Source: Podarcis cretensis
Taxonomy: Eukaryota
Assembly (NCBI GenBank): GCA_951804945.1
Contig: OX638151.1
Location: 64,356,001-64,420,000, forward strand
Direction of reading: 5' to 3'
Length of the DNA stretch: 64,000 nt
Part shown: positions 26,744-39,256 of the stretch, one piece after another
How the letters are laid out: the number at the start of each line of letters is the position of its first letter
Numbering within the stretch: position 1 is the stretch's first letter
Made by a program: the position numbers and the translations under genes
Notes under the pieces: generated by a model
What the model saw: the letters and a program-made list of their open reading frames with translations, nothing else
Databases searched by the model: none
What the model was told of the DNA's origin: nothing

Positions 26744-26884
26744 AGGAGCCGCCTCAAAGCACCCTGTCAGGCCCAAAGCATATTGGAAGACAAAAACAGC
26801 AGCTAGGACTTTTGTTAGTGGCAGCAGGCCTTCTGTTGGGGAGGGCAGAACCTGTTAGCTATGTATTTTTATTGATTTAGGAGT

Positions 26885-27091
26885 TTGGATTTAGATTTGA
26901 TATCCCGCTTTATCACTCCCTTTAAGGAGTCTCAAAGCGGCTAACATTCTCCTTTCCCTTCCTCCCCCACAACAAACACTCTGTGAGGTGAGTGGGGCTG
27001 AGAGACTTCAAAGAAGTGTGACTGGCCCAAGGTCACCCAGCAGCTGCATGTGGAGGAGCGGGGAAGCGAACCCAGTTCACCAGATTACGAG
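26885..27091 (-). mobile_element. tRNA/CORE-type squamate SINE with L2-like tail
   Basis: gatatcccgctttatcact...ctcaaagcggctaac...gactggcccaaggtcacccagc...cgaacccagttc. Confidence 0.75.
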
Positions 27092-28354
27092 GGTGGGCAG
27101 CTGTGCCCATGTTTCTGTGGCATTTTGGAACAGGGACTTTTGAGAAGCTGTTAAAAGCACCCTGTTGCAGTGCCTCAAAGTGGGAAAGGTGAAGCATTAC
27201 CCCCCCCTGGCGTGCCCCTCAGGCCAAAGGAGGAAGTTGGGCAAAGCTGTGAAAGTGAGGACAGGTTGATGCTGGGTGTGAAATAGAAAAGAAAATCAAC
27301 AAACTGAAATAGTGAGGAAGCATGGTAAACGTCTAGTCAAGAAAATGAGAGAGACTTTGTATCTGTGACAACCCATGGCACCCCCCTACCCACGACTCGC
27401 TTACAAACAAAAAACTGACTGACCAAACAAACAAACAAACCTCTTTTAGCATAGCTTATTTTATAACCCCGATTATTGCCATGTTGGGGCATGATGAGGT
27501 GATTTTGGAGGCAAGGCACCCATAGAAGGGTTGGAAAGGTCCATTGAGGGTGAGAAAGGTCCACTTCTCACCTTTAAATTGTGTCCTCCCCCCTCACCAT
27601 TTTTGGGTGGGGGTAGAGCCGGTCCACCTCCAATGCCTTGCTTGTGAAATGATTTACCTCCCAGGGTTGTTGTGAGGATACATTATATATTAAAGTGTTT
27701 TGTGCCATGAAAGGGCTTTTTTAAAAAAATAGTGAGGACAGCAGCAGTGTCATATGACATGTGATAACTTTCTTTCAAAGTACGGGATATATCCTTAGCT
27801 GTTCAGAAGATTATGGCATGCCAATATGGTGGTCATGAGGCACCTCAAACTTGGCTTCAATTAAAAGTTGAGCCATATGAGAAAAGAAGCATTTTTGTGG
27901 TTCAAATTGCAGCTTGTATCGCCATTTGGCTTTTATTTTTTATTTATTGTATTCTTTGGCTTGGGGCAAACAGAACCTACTCAATAGTTGGGGGGGGTAT
28001 ACAGGCCCAACTACAAAATACGCCATGAAGCGCACTGTAGTCAATTTTTCCTTCTTACACTCTTGAGATGCTGATTGGATTTTGTCTTGTTTAAAATGTT
28101 GTGAAAATACACACATGGGCCTTCTGCACCTGAGTGTATACTGGTATCCATTTTTGAACTAGGATAAGTACATTCCATTCAACATGCATATTTAATTATT
28201 CAGGAAAATGAATCACTAGCATGCAGGCAGAGGTTTTCCCCAGCAGAACCTGGAAAGATACAAGGACTCAGGCACCAAGCCATATTTTGTTGTTCTGCAC
28301 TATATGAGCCCCATCCTGTTCTACACACAGACATACCCACACTGAATGGAAATA

Positions 28355-28790
28355 CCGTATATACTCGTGTATAAGCCAACATTTCCAGCATTTTTTATGC
28401 TGAAAAAGCCCCCCTTGACTTATACTTGAGGGTCTCACCCAAACACATTTCCAGCGGCAGAGGCTGTTGTTGGCAGAGGAGGAGGAACGAGCAGCCCGAA
28501 AGCAGCCCTTTTGGGCTGCTTGTTCTTCCTCCGCCACTGGCGCCACCAGCCTCTGCCTCTTGGCAGCACCCTAGGTAGGCAGGGGGGGCGGAAGGGGCGA
28601 GGGGGGAGAGAAGCCCCCTCTGCCGTGTGCGCATGCATGCACCCGCACCCGCACACTAGCCCACTAGGACGTTTGTGGTGTGGTGAACCGGCTTATACTC
28701 GAGTCAGTAAGTTTTCCTAGCTTTTTTTTGGTAAAATTAGGTGCCTCGGCTTATATTATTATATTATATATTATACTCGAGTATATACGA
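28355..28790. mobile_element. Tc1/mariner (pogo/Tc2-like) MITE
   Basis: TIRs ccgtatatactcgtgtataa / ttatactcgagtatatacga; TA duplication at 28353-28354 and 28791-28792. Confidence 0.85.
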
Positions 28791-29043
28791 TAATGTTCTG
28801 AATGGTATAGAATAATTTATTTAAACAACAAGATCTAACTCAAATATCCATTGTAGAACTGGACTGTCCCAACTTGATGGGCAATTTCAAGCCTTGATAC
28901 GGTTCTACGGGTTCCCAATGTTTTGAGTTCTGGGTAGAAGGGCATCTTGTTACTTTGCAAGATCTGCTCAAATTACTTTCCTCCCAAATATGCTAAAACT
29001 CAAGTGCATTAAACAAACAGTAGGTTTTTACAAAATGGCACGC

Positions 29044-29049
29044 TTTATT
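29044..29049 (-). terminator. MYB polyadenylation signal AATAAA
   Basis: tttatt on + strand; U/GU-rich TGTTTGTTT ~25 nt downstream on the minus strand. Confidence 0.85.
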
Positions 29050-29308
29050 TATCTACAAGGCAGTAAGTACAGTGTCTTATAAAAAGTTAAGTGCAGGAAA
29101 AGCTGCACCTAATTCTATTAAGGCAGCAAATTCAGAATCCATTATAAGAAAAAGAAGCAACCTTCTCTTAGTACTGGGAAAAGTTTGATATGGCAGTCCA
29201 AAAGACATACATTTTTTTAAAAAAAAATGTTTTTGTGTATGGAATCCATATTAGGGACTATTTAGACTACACGTGAAACAAGAGTAGAAGCAGCAAGCAA
29301 GACTAGGA

Positions 29309-29316
29309 TCTCCCAA
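29309..29316 (-). promoter_or_regulatory. miR-150-5p 8mer site (UUGGGAGA)
   Basis: tctcccaa on +; MYB is an established miR-150 target. Confidence 0.8.
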
Positions 29317-29378
29317 ATAGCTGGCGTTTGCATTCTATGTTGTTGCAAACCCATGAGCACACATATAGGCACATAAAA

Positions 29379-29386
29379 TCTCCCAA
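29379..29386 (-). promoter_or_regulatory. miR-150-5p 8mer site (UUGGGAGA)
   Basis: tctcccaa on +. Confidence 0.8.
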
Positions 29387-30034
29387 GAACAGTGTTTTAA
29401 AGTATTGCTTGCAAAAAAAAAAGGGAGGGCCAGGTAGGGGGTTAAAAAGCAGTAATGTTTCCAAAGTCAGAAATGCTAGTGCATAGTTAAGTTCGCTACC
29501 CCCCCACCCCAGGTTTCTCTTTCGTTTATAAAGCTCTATGGCCTTGCCCATCTACATGGTGTAAATCTGCACCAGAAAAAAATCAACCCCCCCTGCAAAA
29601 CAAAAACCAACCAAACCAAAAATAGAACAAAACCCATTTGACATTTACAAAATTAAATTACTGGATAAAAAATATAATTTGTTCTCATAAAACTATGTTT
29701 CATACCGTAATAATTTTTTTAAAGCAAGCTAATTAAAAAACAACAACATACACACGTAAACAGTCTACAGTTCTAATGAGTGGAACAGTTCTTCAAACAG
29801 TATAGCTGTGTGACCATTGCCAGTCTGGATTGGCCCCCAGCCTACACCTTTAGATCAGCATTTGCAGTAATGCTTTTCTTGCAGTATTTCATACCGAGAC
29901 ATTTGTTCAGTGACTGATGATGCTACTGATGGAGTGCCAGCTCTTCAAAGAAAGAAGGAAACCTCAGCAAGCATCCTCACTGGTATGGGAACTCATGTGG
30001 CAACTCCTCACTGAATTAATACTGGTCCATTTGA

Positions 30035-30042
30035 TCTCCCAA
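30035..30042 (-). promoter_or_regulatory. miR-150-5p 8mer site (UUGGGAGA)
   Basis: tctcccaa on +. Confidence 0.75.
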
Positions 30043-30277
30043 AAAGTTTTTTAATATATATATAAAAAATCATTTAAAAATCACTTTTTAAAAAAGAAAG
30101 AAATCGGCATTCACATTATTAATAATTAATTGCATAAAATTCAATACCTAAGAGTTTAGGTAAGCATCATCAACAAACAGAATTATTTTCTTCCTTTTCT
30201 TTTTTTAAGTTGGGTGAGATCCAACATGAACAATATATACACATATATGCTTTTGTGACTGAATGCACTTTGTGCTG

Positions 30278-30295
30278 CTCCCAAATGTTGTACCA
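30278..30295 (-). promoter_or_regulatory. miR-150-5p 7mer-m8 site with 8-nt 3' supplementary pairing
   Basis: + strand CTCCCAA-atg-TTGTACCA equals miR-150 nt 2-8 and 12-19. Confidence 0.75.
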
Positions 30296-30406
30296 CAACA
30301 ACAACAACAACGAAAAAGGTTTTTCTCCCATGTAGAGGAACGGTAAGTCCAAATCAAATGGAAGTGTTTTGAAAAGAAAACATAATGCTTATTGGAAGAC
30401 TCTTTT

Positions 30407-30523
30407 TCACATGACCAGAGTTCGAGTCGAGAATGCGTTCATATGCTTGCGTGCAGGATCCGAGAAGCTCAGCTGATCCTCTGTCTTCCCACAAAATGCT
30501 GAATCCCATGTGTTGCTAAAATG
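30407..30523 (-). CDS. MYB: c-Myb exon 15 coding part (117 nt): HFSNTWDSAFCGKTEDQLSFSDPARKHMNAFSTRTLVM*
   Basis: Acceptor tttctag|; TGA at 30407-30409; characteristic c-Myb C-terminus. Confidence 0.96.
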   Translation of the reverse strand, partial: HFSNTWDSAFCGKTEDQLSFSDPARKHMNAFSTRTLVM

Positions 30524-32665
30524 CTAGAAACAAAAATAAAAAGGAATAATTTTTTTTAGAAACTGTGGCACAATCCAGTCCTTCCTGTAAATCTGCACCT
30601 TCCCAGGGTTGGTGTTGCAGAATTGTCCTCTGTGCTTGAGTCATCTGCAAGCGTGGCATTACAGAGGACTTAAGTCATGGGGTCTGCATACACACAATAC
30701 CTTTAAAGCACATTCAGAGTGCATATCCCCCCACAAGAAACCCAGGAACTGCAGTTTATCCTCTTACAGAGCTACAATTCTCAGGACCCTCGGGAAAGCA
30801 CCATTGCCATGATTCTTTTTTGGAGGGGTGCTTTGAAAATTTTGGTGGCTACAGTGTTAGTCTACAAATGGGTTTGACAGACTTGCCACTGGAAGCAACG
30901 TCTAGGAATGTTGTGTTGAAGCCAATCCTAGTGTTTCTGAGAGCCCCTGAGATGTAAATAGGCTTAAGAAGGGAATGAAGGAATGATGCTAAAAATATTT
31001 TCAAGCAACCCAACAGCGATAGGCCTCCGGAAGCATGTTAAAAGGGGTTTAGCTGGCAGCAAGTACCATGTCAGGAGCAGCCCACCCCAGTGGAGCAGAG
31101 CCACAGCAATAGCCTCCTGGCAGTGGCATGGCTGCTTACCAGGAGGAGAAGAGGGCGACAGTGAGGCTGGGGCTGTTTGGGTACACTAGCAGGACTGCCA
31201 GATTGGCTCCACCTGCAACCTCACTGGCCTCTCACCCAGTAAGCAGCATGGATATTGCTGTCAAGGGGTTGTTGCCTGGCTCTGCCCTACGAGGCAAGTT
31301 GCTCTTGCACGATGTAGAACCGGAGCCGACTTCCATTTGTTGCTTGCCTACAGCTTTCATAGCAATGCTGGCTATGCTGCTTAGGGCTGGTGGGAGATGA
31401 ATTCCTAGAACATCTGGAGGGCCACAAGTTCCCTAGTAGACAGTTGCTGAACTTGTGGGCTGAAAGCACGGTGACTGTGCCCAACTTGCATAGCCTAGTC
31501 CAAAGTGAGGGTTCACACAGACAGCTCTGGACTCAAGTTAATAACTAGCTTAGTTTTTTTCAGGTAACTTCAAAAATATGTCAGCACATAGCCGGAGGTA
31601 AATGTCCCACTGTGAAAGGTACTGGGGGGTGGTGATGGGAACCAGTCTGCTGAGAGAAACAAGTTTTTTAGCCATAATTTAATATCGTTTGTTTTTGTGG
31701 TATTTACAAAGATTGGAACCCCTCCTCAGTGCTGTGTTGCCCAGAGATAAACATATCTGTAACCAGGGTGGCATCTCAGTCATTTGCTTGTTCTTGAGAC
31801 AGGCAAAATGTCTTGGTGCCCCAAGCCAATAGGGCAAAAATTTCAGCACTCTATGGAATGTGTAAATACAGATATATTTTTCTTCTTCTCCACCTTGCCC
31901 CCCCCCTTTATGTACTATATTACTACCAGAACTTGCAGTTTTGATGCAGCAATGTATAAAATACCACACAACACTCAATCTCTTTCAAAATTCTAAGCAC
32001 ACTTATGTCAGATCACAATTCTCAGGTTGGTAATTTACACGATAGCAGGGAGGAAACATAGGACAAGATCTTTGTGGAAGAGGAATCGGGTGGGAAGAAC
32101 TGTTCGAAATACCGTCTCTTTGAAGAGCTTCTGTGAGCCTAAGAACATCATAAGATCCTTGCTAGACTAGGTCATCCATTTATTAATCCACCTTTTGCAT
32201 TTCCACGTGATACACACTTTGGTATTCAAGCAGTTCATTGAAGTCAGACACAGGGCACCCTGTTTATTTTGCTTTCTCTGCAACATGGGCCTCTGTCTCT
32301 TCAAACCGCAGCCAAGGGCAGGTGTGACATACTTTTCACATTGCAGATATGCCACCACACTGCTGCTGTTTCCTCTGCTATGATTTCAGTGAACAATCTC
32401 CACCCCTTTGGGGAACTTGGCATGCCTTGGCTAATTTCAGTCTTTGTTGTAAGCTCAACAACTCAGATCCACTCAGGGGAGAAAGCAACCACTGCTGGAA
32501 TGATGGAGGTATTTTTGTAAAACAGTACATAGGCAAAAATGGATCTTACTGCTGAAGGGTGTCTAGGTTAGGCATGGGGATATCTGAATCGCTTAAGCTC
32601 TGTGGAAGGGAATGACAACATTTGCCTTACACTATGGGTTCTTTGCAACTCTTTAATTTTTCTCT

Positions 32666-32990
32666 TTGTTGTTGTTTAGTCTTTTAGTCGTGTCCAATTC
32701 TTCGTGACCCCATGGATCAGAGCACGCCACATACTCCTGTCTTCCACTGCCTCCCGCAGTTTGGTCAAACTCATGTTAGTAGCTTTGAGAACACTGTCCA
32801 ACCATCTCGTCCTCTGTCGTCCCCTTCTCCTTGAGCCCTCCATCTTTCCCAACATCAGGGTCTTTTCCAGGGTGTCTTCTCTTCTCATGAAGTGGCCAAA
32901 GTATTGGAGCCTCAGCTTCACGATCTGTCCTTCCAGTGAGCACTCAGGGCTGATTTCCTTAAGAATGGATTGGTTTGATCTTCTTGCAGT
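32666..32990 (-). mobile_element. RTE-BovB LINE 3' fragment in MYB intron 14
   Basis: Peptide TARRSNQSILKEISPECSLEG...LQYFGH..RREDTLEKTLMLGK.EG.RRRGRQR.RWLD is the BovB ORF C-terminus; (CAA)n tail. Confidence 0.93.
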
Positions 32991-35900
32991 TAATGAGTGT
33001 GTTAGGAATACATTATTCTCTGGAATGGTTTGACTGTTTTTCATGTAGTGTATGTGCTTTGCAGCCTGCATTGGGTCCATTCTTCTGGTGGAAGGTGGAA
33101 ATTGTTCATATAAAATAAATAAATTATATTCTGAAGTAAAACAGAAAGTGATAGGCAGATGCTCTTGTGTGGCTGCTTCTTCTTCTCATGATAAGGGACC
33201 ATATGAACAGTAACTCACTTCCATTATCTTAAGCATGCAGAAGTGGGCAGGGATCAGAATTCATTGAAAGCATACAGTGACCTGATAGTAACCAGAGACA
33301 GTCACACCCTATGGCTTACCACAATTCTCTCTCTGTGTGTAAACAAAGGCTGGGCAGTCACCTCTGAAAATACTCTGGATGGTGCTCTCCCTTACATGGT
33401 CCCTGTGCGTAGCAGTGGAGGGAGATAATCCCTTTCCAATCTGCCTGAGAGCACCTCTCCTACTTCCAACACCCTTGGTGCATCAGCTAGTATTCGAACA
33501 GGGTTACATGCATCAAATCCAACACACATAGGCCCAAATGGCACCTCTAGTGCCATAAAAGAACATTGCTATGGGGGGGGGGGGCAATTGCCCAGACCTC
33601 TGGTCTGCCAGTTTTAGAAGGTGGTTTCACAGACATACACGAAAGTTTTCAAAAATGGAAAAGCTCCACTTCCATACTTGGTACATACATACATACATAC
33701 AAACACAAAACACAAACAGACACACATTTCTGGATAGGGGTGTGCTGCTCAGCAGCAGCAGCAGCATCTTCCAATGCATCTCATCCCCTTGCAAGCACTT
33801 TTGTGGGATGTGAGTGTTAATAACCGAGTTGCACCTCTGCTTCCCCCCCTCAAGATGCTCCACTCATCAGCAATGGCCACTTCCCACATGCTGTACCTCT
33901 CACAAGCTGCCACAGGACAAACTTCTCATTACCATCCGTGAGAGAGTGCTGCATGAAACACCAATGTACAACCAACAATGCTTGCCATGTGACTCCTGTT
34001 CCATTGGTTTTATGTATGGCTACTTTTTGCTAGCTTGTGCCAGCGAGCTCTGAGTGTATTATTAAAGGCAATTTAGCCCCAAACCAGGAAAAAATCATTA
34101 GCTGGCTACATGTTTCGGATCAGGTCTCTGGATTATATGAGTCTGTTATGTTTGGTACTAATCCACTGCAAATATTGCTAAAGCAATCAATTTGTTCTTT
34201 CACATCAAATTTTAAAAGTTAACAGTTTCCAAAGCTACTTCAAAAGTTAAAACTGTGGGTAAGAAAGGCAACTTTCATACAGTATGTTTATGCCACGTTG
34301 ATATATCAAGCCATGTTGTATTTTCAGCTGTGTCACCCTTGGTTCATTTTGCCACATCAGTAATCCTACAAGAACATCCTTCTTCTAGCAAGGCAATTAT
34401 CTCACTTATCCTGTAACCTGCCTTCTGTTGCCCCAGGGAAGAGTGAACAGTAAACAGATTGTCAAAGCTTTAACTGGGCTATCCAGTTAAAGCACTTTAA
34501 AGGAAAGTGACCTCTCTAGGGAAAAGAGAGAAACAAGGCAAGGCTGTGCCAAGGTGCTTTCCTTCACTCACACACTGTAAAGACTGATTCACACATTATG
34601 CTTTCTTGTAAGTAGGAAGCACTCAAGGGAAGAAAAGTGGGAATAAGTAATACAGTGAACTCTCAAGCACACGCTATATTCTGGGGGTCATGCCTCAAGC
34701 CAAAATCACATATAGTCAAAACATATTTGGTAGGTGGGATTGCCATTTTTTTTTTAAAGGACACCTTCCCCCTTTATAATAGGCAAAGTGCGTAAAGGTG
34801 AAGGTTTGGTTTCTGAATCCCAAACGAAAAGCTCACATATTATACAATTTATACCAATGGTTGTGAATTCCCCATTCAAGATGGTGGTTTCCACTTGGAT
34901 TGAAATTTAGGAATCACTTTTTAATTGGAGTTGGATTTTACCTCAGGCCAACATAAACATTTGGTTCACTGAAGTCTGCTGTGATTAGTGCATTGTCTTC
35001 AGCCACTCTGAACTTGAACAGATGCAAATTAGCAGAACACTGACCTGATTGTCTTACAATGAAGCACTCTTCTGAAAACAAAATGGTTGCCGACTAGGCT
35101 TCCTGAAGTCAACAGCAAGGCTACTAACAAACGTTCAGGGTTGTATTCATAGTGAGACTGATAGCTATCCTTTCTCCTCAGTAATTTTAAGGGGCCACAG
35201 CCTGCAATCCATTTATTAACTCAGGGCTTGTTCTGCAGCAATATTTCCAAGTTTTAGGTGGGAAAAAATGATCTGTAGTTTCATGGAAGCTTTACCCAGG
35301 GAAGAATCCCAAGACGTACCACAATATGATTAGTTTGATGTCAAAATGACCCCTGCACAAAGAGCGTCCTAAAGGAAACAGACACAACCAGGAACTCAAA
35401 GCTAGCATCCATTATCGTTCAGCATAGCGATGTTGTAGCAGACCACACAGTCATATGGTCAGAATACCCCCCCCTCCCAGTTTGCTGTTACGAGGTTAAA
35501 TTGAATGGGCCTACTGGAGCAAATGGGAGGATAAACCTACAGAATGAGAATGAGAAAGTGTTCTTATGCTCTTCCTCTGCTCTTGCCTCTTGAATGACAA
35601 TCTCCGATTGCCTCTTTGAGTAGGAGGGAAGGTGACTTCTCCCAGTGTACACACAATCTTTTACTGAGTTTGCACATCTAAGGATCAGAACAACTTTTGA
35701 AAAATGACAACCCCAAGGTTCATGACTGGAACAGGGAGAAAGCTCATTCACCAGCCATTTATCAATTCTGTGGTAATAAAAGTCGAATGCAAAATTCTAG
35801 TTAAGGTAATAAGCCAATTCTACTTCATTTACTCAGAGCAAATGCTATTTGCTTAAGGAGTAATAAAAGATTTTAAATATTTTGTTGGCTCAGCTCTATA

Positions 35901-36963
35901 GAAGTAGATGCTCTAATGCTCTTGTCCAGAAGGGGATTATTACCATATGAGCAACTGCTGTACTATTTATCTTTGCAGCTTCACAAGACAGTGGAAAGAT
36001 ACCATGCTGTATGTCTGCAAGTCACATATTCACTACTGTGGTGTGTTTTTTCCTGGTGTGTGGAGCTGTCCTCCATTATTTCATAAATAATGTCGTAAAC
36101 CCAAGAAACTGATCTCCCTCAAGTGCACTTTTACTGGGAAACAATAACTGGAGAGGCCTAGTGCACTTTTGCTCTCTGCTTGAGGGCTTCCCAAGGGTTT
36201 TGGGTTCGCCACGACTGGGAACAGAATGCAGGCCAAGGAGAATCTTCAGCATGATCCAGCAGGGCTCTATTTAGGTTCTCTTTAGGTTCTTAGTAACTAA
36301 CCTTACCTTCTTCATAGCTAAACACAGGAAACAACCTTATACTGGGCCAGACCATTGAACCTTCTAGCTGTTTTGTCTATTCTGCAATGGCTCTCCAAGG
36401 TTTCAGAGAGATGCCTTTCCCAGCCTTATCCCACCTTTGTCATGGGAGATAAAAGGGTCTGAACTTGGAATCTTCTGCATGCAAAGCACATCAATGTCCT
36501 ACCACTGAAATCAAGGCCCTTCTCTAGGCTTGGCAACTTTTCCTTCCTGCCCTTCTGTCAAAATCTTGACTTTCCATTGAACTGCCTTGTGGAACTTTGC
36601 TGAAATTCATACTTACGATAGCCAATTATAATGATCAGTCCAAGGAAACCAATATGTAAAAGAGCATGCTTCACCGCTACAAAAATGAAGTCTGTAATGG
36701 CAATAGGAGGGAATAACATCTGTGTCTTCCATTCTGTTTACATTTTGACAAACCATTTTTTTCCAGGTTGCAGAAAAAAGAATGCCACCTTTGAACCAGC
36801 GTACCAAAATGTCAGGTCAGCTCTTCTGCTTTCCTTACAGCTTTTTTCATTGAGTTTTATAGTCAGCAAACAATACCGCATCCAATAGTAATCTAAACAT
36901 ATGTACTATTATTGTGCAAGGCATCATCGTATACTGCAAATAATTTTTAAAGGCAAATTTTAC

Positions 36964-37071
36964 CTGAAGTGGGCTAATTGATGACCTATTTCTATGTAAT
37001 GCAAATAATTTATGAGTACTGTCCTCTTCTTCTGATGCAGGCATCTTTAAACCAGAACTGGTAAGTAGATT
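36964..37071 (-). CDS. MYB: c-Myb exon 14 (108 nt): NLLTSSGLKMPASEEEDSTHKLFALHRNRSSISPLQ
   Basis: Acceptor ttcatcag| and donor |gtaaaa; overlaps ORF 36847..37044. Confidence 0.93.
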
Positions 37072-39145
37072 CTGATGAAACAGTAAAAAAATAGAGGTAA
37101 TTGAAAAGGAAGAATGAATGAATATGCTGAATACATTATTTTAATGATTTAATTTCAGTCATTTAAAACAGTAACTTGGGTACAAGATGTTGCTATGCAT
37201 TGTCACAGCCTGATCCTAGAACAATCACTTGGAAGGAAGTTCCAATGTGATTTTGTTCTGTGTGCATTTCTGAATTGGCAATTGTGGTGAGGTCATATAA
37301 CCAAGTCTGATTGGTTATACTGAGTCATGACATTACATACACAACATGAAAAAGAGACAGTTAAAAGGGAAATGTTGTTTTGGAGCAGCTGCTAAGAGAG
37401 GCAACAAGTACTGTATCAGTGAACAGGCAGAAATGATAAATAATGGCCTGGGAGTTTTCAGAGAACATCTCAACCTCCAAAAACACCAAACTGCATGCCC
37501 TTGTTAAGCATTAAGCCCCTTTCAACTCAGCAGAATGTGGGAAATTGTAACCAAATATAACTGGCAAGCTTAGGGCTAGTTAATGCATGAAGGGATTGAG
37601 ACCACAGAACTCTATTCGTAAACTCAGGTCATGCTCCCTCACCTCCAGTGAAGAAGGAAGTGACCCTTCCTTTGTTTGGTCTCTTCCACCATGTGATGCT
37701 GACCAGGCACATTGGTCCGGACTTGACCAATTCGAGCCCAGACAGTGTGCTCAGAAATATTTTTCTGTATTTTGTAACCCAATAATTTTCTACCTGTGTT
37801 CTTCTTGCTGCTGCATGGAATAACTCATGAATCTGACCTTTGGAGTTTGTAAGTAAAGCATTTAAACTTACTACCAGTGTGGTCGGTTCATTGTGAGGGG
37901 GTTAGAGAAGGGAAGCACTGTAAGAGGACTAAGCAGGATATTGAAAGGGTCTAACAGCTTATATTCCTCACACTTCACTGAGCTGCAAGATTCTGTGATT
38001 TTAAGGCTCTCTCTTGCTGGAGAGTGTGTTTAGTTCTGTGCTTTGGATCTAGGGATCCAGCTAATTCTTTATTAACTCATCCCACAAAGGTGATTTATCT
38101 ATATTCTCCAGAATATAACTTATTTAGTTCTGATTAAAGAAGCATAGGATAGGGCTGTCAGATTATTAAAAGAGAAATCATAGTGACGTAAGGTTTATTT
38201 TCAGCAAACTACTTAAGTTAAGCTTAACGTGAACAGCTAAGCAGCACACTGCATTGAAAGGATCAGAATGACATGCATACTGCAGTGGGAATTTCCTTGT
38301 GCTTTAGTTGACAGTATTAACATGCAATCTGACTCACACAGCCCAGTAAAACTGAAAACACGCAAGGCTAAATCTGGTACCAGTCACTTTAATGGAACAG
38401 TGAGAAATAAAATTTAAATAGCAGTAAATCGGCTTAAGTACAAGCATGTAGCAATTGGACTATATTGTGTTCTAATCCCATTTATATTAAAAATGAAATT
38501 ATGCCATTTACAAAGGGTGTTGGGCAAAGAAAGTAAACATTTCACTGATTCCACTGAGTTCAGCAAACACTTCAGTGATCCAATTATGAGAACTTTGGCT
38601 CAGCTTTTTACATAACCTAAATTGCACTCTGTACCAGCACAGTGCTTTTATATATACAATATAAAGAAAAACTGGTGAACTTAAGGTGAAAAATGTTTTG
38701 GCACAATCCAGCCCAAATTAAGTGCATATATATAATGATTTTCAAACCAAAGTTAAGTGTTTTAGTGTCCTGTTCATTATAACGGGAGTATTAAATATGC
38801 CTTTAGTTAAAAACAAGAAGATTTCCACGTGCGTATCATAGGCTGTACATTTTTTTACTACTTGAATTTCAGAAGGGGGTGGGGGGGAATAAGGTATTAG
38901 CAACAAGTGGCTCTACCTAAGGCATTTTCTCTGGGGAAAGGTTTTCCAACCCTTTCCTGCAGAATTACCCATTTTGCAGACAAATCAGCCCACAACAGCA
39001 GCCTGGTGACATGGTCAGAGGAAACATCTTGGTGAGACAGATGTGGCTCCTGAGCTGTATCTGCTTGTTTACCACAGCTTCCAAATATGCCATGTCACAA
39101 AAAACAAAATAACAAATAACGCAAGATTCATAGCTTAATACATAC

Positions 39146-39256
39146 CGGCACATCTTCCACAGTGGACACATGTGTGAACAGCTGTGTGTTCAGCCCTTCC
39201 CCTTCCCAATGGTTTGAGGAAAAGAAGTTTCCTGATTTGCCTGTTGGAGACTCTAC
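39146..39256 (-). CDS. MYB: c-Myb exon 13 (111 nt): VESPTGKSGNFFSSNHWEGEGLNTQLFTHVSTVEDVP
   Basis: Acceptor cttatag| and donor |gtatgt; completes the E|VES motif. Confidence 0.95.

Larger units (their letters stand above)
29020..30406 (-). other. MYB: MYB 3'UTR (~1.4 kb, AU-rich, many miRNA seed matches)
   Basis: Follows the stop codon and ends TGTACTTACTGCCTTGTAGATAAATAAAG, resembling my recollection of the vertebrate MYB mRNA end. The cleavage position is approximate. Confidence 0.88.

Noticed and set aside
26408-26858. Recurring ORFs such as MCAHLTQEARGQRCPETLPGH (also at 51123-51622 and 59375-59746)
   Set aside because: These are translations of Sauria SINE copies, not a gene family.
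28981-28987. Additional miR-150 seed match
   Set aside because: Lies beyond the poly(A) signal and inferred cleavage site, so it is outside the main mRNA.
1-29000. Numerous 60-135 aa ORFs in the left half (e.g. 3348..3737, 4219..4563, 4265..4663, 20500..20907)
   Set aside because: No recognisable domains or consistent exon chain; lengths are as expected by chance, and several lie in repeats.
32676-33080. 134-aa ORF as a host gene
   Set aside because: 5'-truncated BovB retrotransposon end fused to flanking intron; no complete RT or endonuclease.
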